Shown: piece by piece, positions 17,121 through 26,267 of the stretch | Layout of the letters: every line of letters starts with the position of its first letter | How positions within the stretch are numbered: position 1 is the first letter of the stretch | Source: Candidatus Moranbacteria bacterium GW2011_GWE2_35_2- | GTDB taxonomy: Bacteria; Patescibacteriota; Minisyncoccia; Moranbacterales; UBA9337 | NCBI GenBank assembly: GCA_000990585.1 | Contig: LBQD01000001.1 | Location: forward strand, 207,276 to 271,275 | DNA: 64,000 nt | Direction of reading: 5' to 3' | The notes under the pieces: model-generated | Told to the model about the DNA's origin: nothing | The model's input: only the letters and a program-made list of their open reading frames with translations | The model's database searches: none | Position numbers and translations under genes: made by a program

Positions 17121-18947
17121 TCATTTTTTCAAAACCGACAGAAATGCCTCCGATGGAATAACCACTCTTCCGACATTTTTCATCTTTTTCTTTCCTTTTT
17201 TCTGTTTTTCCAAAAGTTTTCTTTTTCTCGTTACATCCCCTCCGTATAATTTCGAAATAACATCCTTGCGAAAAGGTCGAATAGTTTCCCGAGCGATTAT
17301 CTTTCCACCGATAGCCGCCTGAATGGCAATTACAAAATTTTGTCGCGGAATAGAATCTCTAAGTTTAGCAACCGCCGCCTTTCCCTGTAAGAGTACTCTT
17401 TCGCGCGGAACAATTCTTGAAAGCGCTTCCACTTTTTCCTCCGCCACCAAAATATCCATTTTTACCAAATCCGATTGACGATATCCGATTACTTCATAAT
17501 TCATCGATGCAAAACCGGAAGAAACGCTTTTAAGCTCATCATGAAAATTTACAATAATATCCGTAAGAGGGGATTCGTAACTAAGTAAAACCCTTTCTTG
17601 GTCGATATATTCCGTATTTTTATATTCCGCTCTAATCGAAGACATTAAATCCATTATTGATCCTAAATAATTTGACGGGGTAATAATATCCAATTTCGCG
17701 TACGGTTCAGAAATTCCTTCAATCATTGAAACATCCGGCATATCGGATGCCGAATAAATTATTTTTTCTTCTTCTTGATTTTTGAGTTTTATTCGATAAA
17801 CTACGCTGGGAGTTGTAATGGTTGGAGAAATTTCAAATTCCCGTTCCAAACGCGCTTGAATAATTTCCAAATGCAACATTCCCAAAAATCCACAACGAAA
17901 TCCTTTTCCCAACGCCAAATTGCTTTCCGGTTCAAAAACAAAAGCGGCGTCGTTAAGACGCAATTTTTCCAAAGCATCTCGCATCAAGGTATATTCATCC
18001 CCTTCAACCGGATAAAAACTGGCATACACCATCGGTCGCACTTCTTTATATCCGGAAAGAGGTTCTATTTTTTCTAATTTTTGAGATTTGAGATTTGAGA
18101 TTTGAGATTTTGTTATCGTATCCCCTACTCGGCAATATTCCACACTTTTAAAACCGGTAGCGATATATCCGATATCTCCCGCTTTTAAATTATCTTCGTT
18201 TTTGAAAGCCGGACGAAAACTTCCCACTTCCACCACAGAGGTTTCTTTTTCTGTTGCCATCATTAAAACCTTATCCTCTCTTTTCACTTGCCCATCTACA
18301 ATTCTCGCATATGCCAAAACACCTTTGTAAATATCGTATTTTGAATCAAAAATCAAAGCGCGCAAAGGCTTTTGAATATCTCCCATAGGAGAGGGGACTT
18401 TTTCAATCACCCTCTGAATTATTTCCGACACACCTATTCCGGTTTTTCCTGAAGCCAAAAGAATATCATTATCCGAACATCCCAGAATATGCACAACCTC
18501 CTTTTTGGTTTTTTCCACTTCGGCATTGGGCAGATCTATTTTGTTTATTACGGGAATAATTTCCAAACCTTGCTCAATCGCCAAATACAAATTGGAAAGC
18601 GTCTGTGCTTGCACTCCTTTGGTTGCATCCACCAATAAAATCGCCCCCTCCACTGCCGCCAGCGAACGCGAAACTTCATAACCGAAATCAACATGCCCTG
18701 GAGTATCAATCAAATTTAAAATATATTTTTGATCGTTTGAAAAATATTCCATTCTCACTGGTTGCAATTTGATGGTTATTCCCCGCTCTCGCTCCAAATC
18801 CATTTGATCCAAAAGTTGCTCTTTCATTTTTCGCTTTTCCACTGCTCCTGTAAACTCCAAAAAACGATCGGACAAGGTTGACTTGCCATGATCGATATGT
18901 GCAATTATGCAAAAATTTCGAATATTTTTTTGATAATCATTTTCCAT
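17121..18947 (-). CDS. lepA: Elongation factor 4
   Basis: IAHIDHGKSTL, DTPGHVDF, GFLGMLHLE, YGGDVTRKRKLLEKQK. Confidence 0.97.
   Translation of the reverse strand: MENDYQKNIRNFCIIAHIDHGKSTLSDRFLEFTGAVEKRKMKEQLLDQMDLERERGITIKLQPVRMEYFSNDQKYILNLIDTPGHVDFGYEVSRSLAAVEGAILLVDATKGVQAQTLSNLYLAIEQGLEIIPVINKIDLPNAEVEKTKKEVVHILGCSDNDILLASGKTGIGVSEIIQRVIEKVPSPMGDIQKPLRALIFDSKYDIYKGVLAYARIVDGQVKREDKVLMMATEKETSVVEVGSFRPAFKNEDNLKAGDIGYIATGFKSVEYCRVGDTITKSQISNLKSQKLEKIEPLSGYKEVRPMVYASFYPVEGDEYTLMRDALEKLRLNDAAFVFEPESNLALGKGFRCGFLGMLHLEIIQARLEREFEISPTITTPSVVYRIKLKNQEEEKIIYSASDMPDVSMIEGISEPYAKLDIITPSNYLGSIMDLMSSIRAEYKNTEYIDQERVLLSYESPLTDIIVNFHDELKSVSSGFASMNYEVIGYRQSDLVKMDILVAEEKVEALSRIVPRERVLLQGKAAVAKLRDSIPRQNFVIAIQAAIGGKIIARETIRPFRKDVISKLYGGDVTRKRKLLEKQKKGKKKMKNVGRVVIPSEAFLSVLKK
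18081..18108. repeat. Heptamer tandem repeat (ttgagat)x4 inside lepA
   Basis: Encodes SQISNLKSQ in frame. Confidence 0.9.
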
Positions 18948-19079
18948 ATATTTCAACCCCAATCATACACGTACCGCGCCAAATAATCAATATTTGCAAA
19001 ATCAAACAAGCCGCGACTGAATTTCGCGACTTATTTTAAAACAAAAAGCACGGCACTGTTTCTCAATATAATATCTGAT

Positions 19080-20084
19080 TTATTTTGTAATATACTGTGC
19101 CATTTCCACTAAACGATTGGAATATCCCCATTCATTATCATACCAGCTGACAATTTTTACCATATTATCTTGCGCCATCGTTAAACCAAGATCCACAATC
19201 GAACTGTGCGGATTCATTTTAAAATCCATTGAAACCAATTTTTCATCTGTCGCATCCAAAATTCCTTTCAATTTATTTTTCGCTGCCGTTTGAAAAGCCT
19301 CTTTAATTTCTTCCGCAGATTTTGGATTCTTTACTGTGCAAACGAAATCCGTAATAGAAACCACCGGTGTCGGAACACGCAAAGCGATTCCGTCAATTTT
19401 TCCACTCAAATGTTTAATAACTTTTCCTACTGTTTTTGCCGCTCCGGTGGAAGTTGGAATAATATTGATTGCCGCTGCCCGTGCTCGGCGTAAATCCTTG
19501 TGTGGAAGATCTAAAATCCGCTGATCATTCGTATAAGAATGAGTTGTTGTCATAAAACCTTTTTCGATTTTACAAAGTTCATCCAAAACTTTTATCATAG
19601 GCGCCAAGCAATTAGTCGTACATGAGCCATTGGAAATAATTGCTTCGTCTTGATATTCCATTTCATTTACGCCCAATAAATACACAGGGGTATCATCCTT
19701 GGGAGGAGCGGACATCAACACTTTTTTAGCTCCACTATCAATATGCGATTGTACCGCTTCTTTTGTAAGAAACACTCCTGTACATTCCAAAACCACATCC
19801 ACACCTAAATCTTTCCATGGAAGATTCTTTGGGTTCATTTCAGAAAAATATTTTATTTTCTTTCCATCAATAATAAGTTCGCTATTCTCTTTATCTACGC
19901 TCACTTTTTTTGCATACACTCCGTAAGAAGAATCATATTTGAGCAGATGCGCACCGGTTTCAATATCCGTCAAATCATTAATTGCCACTACCTCAATTCC
20001 TTTTTCCAAAGCAATCTTGAGCGAAGGTCGCCCAATTCTTCCAAACCCGTTAATAGCCATTCTAATTTTCTTTTTTCCAAACAT
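19080..20084 (-). CDS. gap: Type I glyceraldehyde-3-phosphate dehydrogenase
   Basis: INGFGRIGR, SCTTNCL, WYDNEWGY. Confidence 0.97.
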   Translation of the reverse strand: MFGKKKIRMAINGFGRIGRPSLKIALEKGIEVVAINDLTDIETGAHLLKYDSSYGVYAKKVSVDKENSELIIDGKKIKYFSEMNPKNLPWKDLGVDVVLECTGVFLTKEAVQSHIDSGAKKVLMSAPPKDDTPVYLLGVNEMEYQDEAIISNGSCTTNCLAPMIKVLDELCKIEKGFMTTTHSYTNDQRILDLPHKDLRRARAAAINIIPTSTGAAKTVGKVIKHLSGKIDGIALRVPTPVVSITDFVCTVKNPKSAEEIKEAFQTAAKNKLKGILDATDEKLVSMDFKMNPHSSIVDLGLTMAQDNMVKIVSWYDNEWGYSNRLVEMAQYITK

Positions 20085-20110
20085 ATTTTTTAATATATAT
20101 TATTATTTTT

Positions 20111-20386
20111 TTATTCTCCGTCCAATGAAACAATTTTCCAATAATCTCCCTGAATTTTTTCGATATTAAATTTTGTATTTTTCAAAATAGTATTGTGTGA
20201 AATTCCTTCTAGTCCAAATTGCAAATTTTCAATTGAAATATCTTCAATATGTTCATCATGACCGTCATGCGCCATTGCCACTTGTCCGATTTTAACATCA
20301 ACCCGGGAAATTTTTTTCAAATTTCGTTCTTTAGCAATCTTCAAAACTTCATCAATTATTTCTTTAGCTAACAAAAAATCATGCAT
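20111..20386 (-). CDS. hypA: HypA-like nickel insertion protein lacking the Zn finger
   Basis: N-terminal MHD (cf. MHE), VKIG, LQF; follows the hydrogenase large subunit; contains no Cys. Confidence 0.7.
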   Translation of the reverse strand: MHDFLLAKEIIDEVLKIAKERNLKKISRVDVKIGQVAMAHDGHDEHIEDISIENLQFGLEGISHNTILKNTKFNIEKIQGDYWKIVSLDGE

Positions 20387-20452
20387 AATTTTTTTATATA
20401 AACATATAACATTATTTTTATATGTTAATGTTATGTGCCGAATTTTATGTAT

Positions 20453-21715
20453 TTAGTGTACCGCGCAACTGATACACGGGTCGTATGCCCGAATAAAAGC
20501 GCGCATTTTTTTCTCTTTATCTTTATCCGAAAGATTCAAAATTTCCGGCAAATACTTTCGAATATCATCTTCCAAATGACTTAAAAATTGGGCGGTTGGG
20601 GATATAATATTCACATTTTTAACATATCCCTTGCTATCAATATCAACATGATAATAAAGTGTTCCGCGTGGAGCCTCCACTGCTGCCGCTCCGGATCCTT
20701 CACGAACTTCATATTTTTTCGTCAGAGCGTTTTCCAAATTACTATTAATCAGAAGTCGCAACATTCTGAGTGATTCCTCTATCGAATGAACAACTTCTAC
20801 CATTTGATACAAAACATTATGAAAAGGATTATAATCTGGCAAAGAAAAACCAAGCGAATCCAAATATTGTTTAGCCTTGGGGTTTAGTTTTTTATGATGA
20901 TTATTCACTCTCGCAATCGCTCCCACCATATAGCTGGTTTTTCCGTCCGATTCCACTCTCTTTATTACCTCTTTGGGGCGTTGAAATTCATGAAAATTTT
21001 TCTCAAATTTTAAAACCGGAATATGTAATCCCTTATTGGATATTAAATCTCCGTCATAAATTGCATATTCTCCGCGTGCGTCCATGCAAACATATTCTGT
21101 CTCTCTTTCAAATCTTGGCAATTTTATCCCCTTGAAAAATTCCGCTACCTCAAAGGCTGTAGAAAGCGCTTCTTCGCCCTGTTTGATTAATTTTTGAACT
21201 TCCTCTATTTTTGGAACTTTCTTGAAACCGCCTACTTCATTGGTTAGCGGGTGCACTACGCGACCACCGATTATTTTCACAATTTCCATTCCATATTCTC
21301 GAAGTTTAATTGCTTTTTGTGTTTCCTCCGGATATTTCTCCACCAATTTCAAATCATTATCAATATCTAAAAAATCCGCTAAAGACAAGAAAAAAAGATG
21401 TAGGCAGTGAGAATGAATAATCTGTCCCAATTCCAATAATTTTCGAAGATTAACGGCTTCATTAGAAACACGCACGCCCATTGCGTTTTCAATAGATTTA
21501 ATTGAAGTAAGATTGTGCACCACAGGACATATTCCACAAATTCTTTGTGCTACTATTGGCATATCAGTATAATGCCTTCCGACCAAAATTCCTTCGATCA
21601 AACGAATGCCTTCTTTAACTTCAATTTTCGCCGACTTCACATCTCCGGAAAGAACACTCGCCATAAACCCAGCGTGACCCTCAATTTTGTTAATATGATT
21701 CAGTTTTATTTGCAT
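20453..21715 (-). CDS. NiFe hydrogenase large (alpha) subunit, group 3b-like
   Basis: KIEGH, L1 RICGICP, EAPRG, L2 DPCISCAVH at the C-terminus. Confidence 0.92.
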   Translation of the reverse strand: MQIKLNHINKIEGHAGFMASVLSGDVKSAKIEVKEGIRLIEGILVGRHYTDMPIVAQRICGICPVVHNLTSIKSIENAMGVRVSNEAVNLRKLLELGQIIHSHCLHLFFLSLADFLDIDNDLKLVEKYPEETQKAIKLREYGMEIVKIIGGRVVHPLTNEVGGFKKVPKIEEVQKLIKQGEEALSTAFEVAEFFKGIKLPRFERETEYVCMDARGEYAIYDGDLISNKGLHIPVLKFEKNFHEFQRPKEVIKRVESDGKTSYMVGAIARVNNHHKKLNPKAKQYLDSLGFSLPDYNPFHNVLYQMVEVVHSIEESLRMLRLLINSNLENALTKKYEVREGSGAAAVEAPRGTLYYHVDIDSKGYVKNVNIISPTAQFLSHLEDDIRKYLPEILNLSDKDKEKKMRAFIRAYDPCISCAVH

Positions 21716-21769
21716 AAATAATATCTTTTAATTTATCTTATTTATCCTATATGTATGTTTTATGCTTCT

Positions 21770-22522
21770 TTATTTGTTGTTTTTTTCTTCAATATCATCT
21801 CGCAGTCCAAATATTTCCGTCGTATTTTCGAATTCTTCATCAGTCATAAAATTTTTAAGTGTCGCGCGCATTGCTTTCACATTGGCGGTCGGACGCAATC
21901 CGCGACAACCTTGGCACATCATCTTTGAAGTCGGACAAACCGCATCACACCCTCCCTGAATCATCGGACCAAAACAAGGTTTTTTGTCCAAAAGTAAGCA
22001 TCTATTTCCTCTTTTTTTGCATTCCACACATACCGGCTGATCGGGAATCGTCGGAATTTTTCCTTCAAGAAGTTCCGGAAAATATTTCAAAAATTCTTCC
22101 CCGGTAATCGGACAGCCGGGAAAAGTAAAGTCAACTTTAACAAAATTATCCACCTCTTTAACTTCCGGATTATCAATTCCTTGAACATATTTATATACGT
22201 GCTTAATAGTATTTTTCTGCTCTTGGTAATTTTTTATTTCCGGCACGCCTCCCATTGCCGCACAATTTCCCAAAACCACTAAAAATTTACTTCTCTCTCT
22301 CAATTTTTTTAATGTTTCAATATTTTCTTCGGTTGTCGGATTACCTTCCACAATACCAATATCCAATTTCTCTCCCGCATCTTCTTCATCTTCAAGTAAG
22401 CGAAAATCCACCATCTCAACCTCATTCATCAAATCCAAAAACTTCTGCCCCAAATCCAAAAGCGCGAATTGACACCCCTCGCAAGAAGTCAAACTTACAA
22501 TAGCAATTTTTTGTTTTTGCAT
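21770..22522 (-). CDS. NiFe hydrogenase small (delta) subunit
   Basis: SCEGC, GNCA, PGCP, VCVEC, CFGP, GCDAVCP, CQGCRG Fe-S ligands. Confidence 0.9.
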   Translation of the reverse strand: MQKQKIAIVSLTSCEGCQFALLDLGQKFLDLMNEVEMVDFRLLEDEEDAGEKLDIGIVEGNPTTEENIETLKKLRERSKFLVVLGNCAAMGGVPEIKNYQEQKNTIKHVYKYVQGIDNPEVKEVDNFVKVDFTFPGCPITGEEFLKYFPELLEGKIPTIPDQPVCVECKKRGNRCLLLDKKPCFGPMIQGGCDAVCPTSKMMCQGCRGLRPTANVKAMRATLKNFMTDEEFENTTEIFGLRDDIEEKNNK

Positions 22523-22536
22523 AATTATAAAATTAT

Positions 22537-23124
22537 TTAATCTTCCGTAATAATCCCTGAAAATGCAGCTCGACAATTAGCTCTAATTGAAACAGCATTA
22601 TATAAAGTTCCGACAGCGATATTCACTATACGACATCCGGCATGAGTACAGCAAAAAAGATTGCTATCGTCAGAAAATCCATCATTGTTTTTATCCTCAA
22701 TAATAGATACAACAAATCTACCAAGGGAATATTGCGATCCGACATATCCAGTATATCTATAGCCATGAGTTGATATATCAGGCCAATCGTATGCTAAATC
22801 TTCCGTATTATTATTAGTAGCATTTCCACAAAGAGAAGTTCCTGCAACCGGAATAGCTAAGTTCCCTCCTCCGCAATCATTACTACTAAGATGAACATCA
22901 AGATTTCCCTGGCAACGAACACCAAGATTCTGTGTCACGCATTCTACAAGAGCCGCTTGTGCGGATCGCAATGTAGCATATGCCACTTTTTGCCTTGCTT
23001 TGTCCCTAGCGCTATTCAAACTAACTAAAATAACGCTCGCTAAAATTCCAATAATTGCAATAACAATCAAAAGTTCGATTAATGTGAATGCTTTTTTGTT
23101 TTTTGTTTTTATTTTATTTTCCAT
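22537..23124 (-). CDS. Type IV pilin-like protein
   Basis: KKAFTLIELLIVIAIIGILAS prepilin signal; Cys-containing C-terminal domain. Confidence 0.9.
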   Translation of the reverse strand: MENKIKTKNKKAFTLIELLIVIAIIGILASVILVSLNSARDKARQKVAYATLRSAQAALVECVTQNLGVRCQGNLDVHLSSNDCGGGNLAIPVAGTSLCGNATNNNTEDLAYDWPDISTHGYRYTGYVGSQYSLGRFVVSIIEDKNNDGFSDDSNLFCCTHAGCRIVNIAVGTLYNAVSIRANCRAAFSGIITED

Positions 23125-23283
23125 ATTAAAAAAGATGGGAATAATTTAAATAGTTTTTATATTTTCTATACTATCATATTTTTATAAAATCGAAAATGCA
23201 TCAATTTTTGCAAACAAAAAAGGAGCGGGGTTTCTTGTTTGCAAAAATCTGCAAAACATTAAAAACCACACTCCTTCCAAAAT

Positions 23284-23820
23284 CTATTTTTTTCGGCGGC
23301 GGCGACATGCCGCAATTCCGCCTAACCCTGCACTAAGCAACCAAAATGCGCTTGGCACAGGCGTTGGTAATGGCTTTGGAATTAGCGTCTTTGACGCTAA
23401 TTCCACGTTGTCAATGTCTCCTGTCGCCCAAAACGACAGGAAAAACATCGACTCCTCCATATCCCACCCAGGAGGTGGGACTGCCGGTTGGAACGAATTC
23501 GTTCCAACCGAAAAAACTCCTCTTTTTGTATCCGCCCAAACCTCAATCTCCCCATCCGGGGACATTGAGGTAAAAGATTTGAGGGTAAAAGCGCCTCCAT
23601 CGAGGCGCTCTATTCCTACCCAACACCCTACATGGAGGTACCCCTCCTCCATAATCACATCCTCTGGTGCATCCAGAGGTGAGAAAACCCAGTAACCATC
23701 CGTTGTCAATGGCAGCTCTTCGCTGCCATCAAAACCAATGGTAGTCGCCGCCATACTCTGGCCGAAAAAAGAAAATACAGCAACGACAGAAAAAACAACA
23801 ATAATAATCGACTTTTTCAT
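23284..23820 (-). CDS. Secreted protein with a PEP-CTERM/VPLPA-CTERM-like sorting signal
   Basis: Signal peptide; C-terminal TPVPSAFWLLSAGLGGIAACRRRRKK; GGAGGAG RBS. Confidence 0.78.
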   Translation of the reverse strand: MKKSIIIVVFSVVAVFSFFGQSMAATTIGFDGSEELPLTTDGYWVFSPLDAPEDVIMEEGYLHVGCWVGIERLDGGAFTLKSFTSMSPDGEIEVWADTKRGVFSVGTNSFQPAVPPPGWDMEESMFFLSFWATGDIDNVELASKTLIPKPLPTPVPSAFWLLSAGLGGIAACRRRRKK

Positions 23821-23962
23821 TTTTCTCTCCTCCGGGAGGGCGTAAACCCTCCTCTTTCTTTTCTTTTTTTAAAACAACATTTGCGCGCCCGCCGGGCACG
23901 CCCTTTCCATTTAGCGTAAGCATTGCATAAAATTTTATTTCTGTCAAGCCTACTTTTTGGAT

Positions 23963-24706
23963 TTATTTTAGATAATACTCTAATGTATAGATCCAATTTT
24001 CATCATTTTCCTCTCCTCGTTGCTTGGCTTTCTCCTTTTGTTCCCAGAGCCAGCGTAAATAACGCGCATCTTTCCGATAGACATCTTCCACCTTCTCTCC
24101 TTTATACTTGCCAAAATTGAATTTTTTCAACAAAACCGGCAAAGCGGAAATTTCAATCATCTTTTCCAAAATATCTTCTTCACTTATCAGATTTTCTTCC
24201 ATTTTTTCAAACAAATAATCAAACAATTTTTCCAAAACTCGAATATCCCCCAACGCATTGTGCGCCGGAGCGTCTTTCAGTTCCAAATCAAGATCGAAAT
24301 AATAGCGCAAGTATTGCAAATTATACCTTGGAATTTCTCCTTTTTCATCCAAATACTGAGCAATTTTAACCGTATCAATTTTTCTACCGATAATCAATCC
24401 TTCGTTTTGAAGAATGCGTGCGTCAAAATCAGCATTATGCGCCACAAAAATATTTCTCTCATCGGAAAAAATTTTCTCCAAATCTTTTTTCATCGCAGAA
24501 TTGGAAAATGACTCCTTATCCGCTACCATCTTATTGGTGATATGAGAAACTGCCATCGCCTCAATAGAAATAGGAATTGGCGGCTTGAAAAATCCCTCTG
24601 CTTCTTTCCCCTCAAATTTATATGCAACCTGACAAAGACGAGCCTCGGAATCATTACCTGTTGTCTCCGTATCTAAAAATATTAATTTGTCTTTATTCAT
24701 TATCAT
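23963..24706 (-). CDS. DEDDh 3'-5' exonuclease (ExoX-like)
   Basis: FLDTETTG, AHNADFD, AHNALGD; C-terminal FGKYKG...YLRWL module. Confidence 0.88.
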   Translation of the reverse strand: MIMNKDKLIFLDTETTGNDSEARLCQVAYKFEGKEAEGFFKPPIPISIEAMAVSHITNKMVADKESFSNSAMKKDLEKIFSDERNIFVAHNADFDARILQNEGLIIGRKIDTVKIAQYLDEKGEIPRYNLQYLRYYFDLDLELKDAPAHNALGDIRVLEKLFDYLFEKMEENLISEEDILEKMIEISALPVLLKKFNFGKYKGEKVEDVYRKDARYLRWLWEQKEKAKQRGEENDENWIYTLEYYLK

Positions 24707-24958
24707 TTATTTTTGAAGAATTACTTTTCTATTGTATCCCAAAACAACATTCAAGTAAATCACCACCTCTCCTCATATTAATTGTCTATATAATAATCTG
24801 AGGGCTTTTTAAATTAGAATAAATATTGGTATACTTTAAGAAACTAATCTTTGTTATTTCCGCACATTCTCTTATTGCTTCCATTTCTTCTCTTTTGTCA
24901 TTCCTGCACTTGTCCGCCTTTGGAAGAAAGTTAAGAATCCGGAAGTACAAAACAATAT

Positions 24959-26203
24959 ATGCGAACATTCAATTTTCCAAATATAAAACACAAAAAAACA
25001 ATCCTCGCTCTCGGAGCCGAATCCGCCGGCAATTTTTCAGTTTTCCAAAACGAAATTATCTATTTTTCCCAAAATTTCAACGATCTTCTCGATGAAGAAA
25101 ATTTCAAAAATTACAAAAAAGAATTGCGTGATTTTCTGCAAAATAACAATATAAAGCCAAATATAATTCTCACTGACCTACATCCGGATTTCAAAACCAC
25201 GCAATTAGGAATCGAACTTTCTAAAAAATACAAAGCTAAACACATCCAAATTCAACACCATCTCGCCCATATATACTCACAAATTTCCAATTTCCAATTT
25301 CCAATTTCCAAACAATTTTCAAATTCCAATGTTCAAATTCCAAATTTATTTTATGGAATCGCGCTGGATGGCACCGGATATGGCACTGATGGAAAAATTT
25401 GGGGCGGAGAGGTGTTTTACCTGCAACCTTACAACCTACAACCCATTAGAATCGGACATATTGAGAATCAAATTATGATTGGCAGGGAGTTGGCAATTCG
25501 CGAACCAGCGAGAATGCTAATATCCGTTCTGGATAAATTTTCAAACAAAAAAGAAATTTATAATTTTATCAAAAAACATTATTCCCGCAATGAATTTGAA
25601 CTTTTGCACAATCAACTCCGGCAAAATTTCAACTGCATAGAAACTTCCAGTTGCGGAAGAGTTTTTGATGCAGTTTCTGTTCTTTTGGGATTTTGCGGAA
25701 ATGAAAGAAGTTTCAAACACAAAGCTTCACACTTATTGAAAAAAAATTCCACTACTCCTTACAAAGATCTGAAGCCGAAAATAATTGTCAAAAAACAAGC
25801 CGTAAGAAGCAAAAAACAAAAAATATTCAATAATCAATATATAATAGTCAATGAATATACGAAATATATTCTAAATACAACCCATCTTTTTAAATATTTA
25901 ATTAAAAACTTACATAAAAACAAAAAACGGCTCGCTGCTACCGCGCAATTATACATCGCCCAAGGACTAAAAAAGATAATCGAAAAACACATAGAACACA
26001 ACATAAAACATAAAACAAAGGATGTTGTTTTATCGGGAGGTTTGAGCAAAAATAAAATAATTTTAAACTATTTTAAAAACAAAAAATCCGAGAAATTTTC
26101 GGACAATAAACTGCAAAATGCAATTCCTCGTGACGATGCAGGAATTAGTTTTGGACAAATAATTTATTACTTGAAAAATTCAAATCCTAAAACTTCCAAG
26201 TAA
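24959..26203 (+). CDS. hypF: Truncated HypF carbamoyltransferase (Kae1-like C-terminal domain only)
   Basis: DLHPDF, QHHLAH, LDGTGYGTDGKIWGGE, TSSCGRVFD, DAGISFGQ; 414 aa. Confidence 0.85.
   Translation: MRTFNFPNIKHKKTILALGAESAGNFSVFQNEIIYFSQNFNDLLDEENFKNYKKELRDFLQNNNIKPNIILTDLHPDFKTTQLGIELSKKYKAKHIQIQHHLAHIYSQISNFQFPISKQFSNSNVQIPNLFYGIALDGTGYGTDGKIWGGEVFYLQPYNLQPIRIGHIENQIMIGRELAIREPARMLISVLDKFSNKKEIYNFIKKHYSRNEFELLHNQLRQNFNCIETSSCGRVFDAVSVLLGFCGNERSFKHKASHLLKKNSTTPYKDLKPKIIVKKQAVRSKKQKIFNNQYIIVNEYTKYILNTTHLFKYLIKNLHKNKKRLAATAQLYIAQGLKKIIEKHIEHNIKHKTKDVVLSGGLSKNKIILNYFKNKKSEKFSDNKLQNAIPRDDAGISFGQIIYYLKNSNPKTSK
25282..25309. repeat. Heptamer tandem repeat (aatttcc)x4 inside hypF
   Basis: Encodes ISNFQFPIS in frame. 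Confidence 0.9.
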
Positions 26204-26267
26204 ATTCTTATTTATCGCCAATTTTTTACTCTGTAAAATTTTTTAAACACTTCTCAAATTCAACACA

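Noticed and set aside
24786-24968. 60-aa minus ORF and a gtcattcctgc...gaatcc REP-like remnant upstream of hypF
   Set aside because: Single degenerate copy with no supporting motif.
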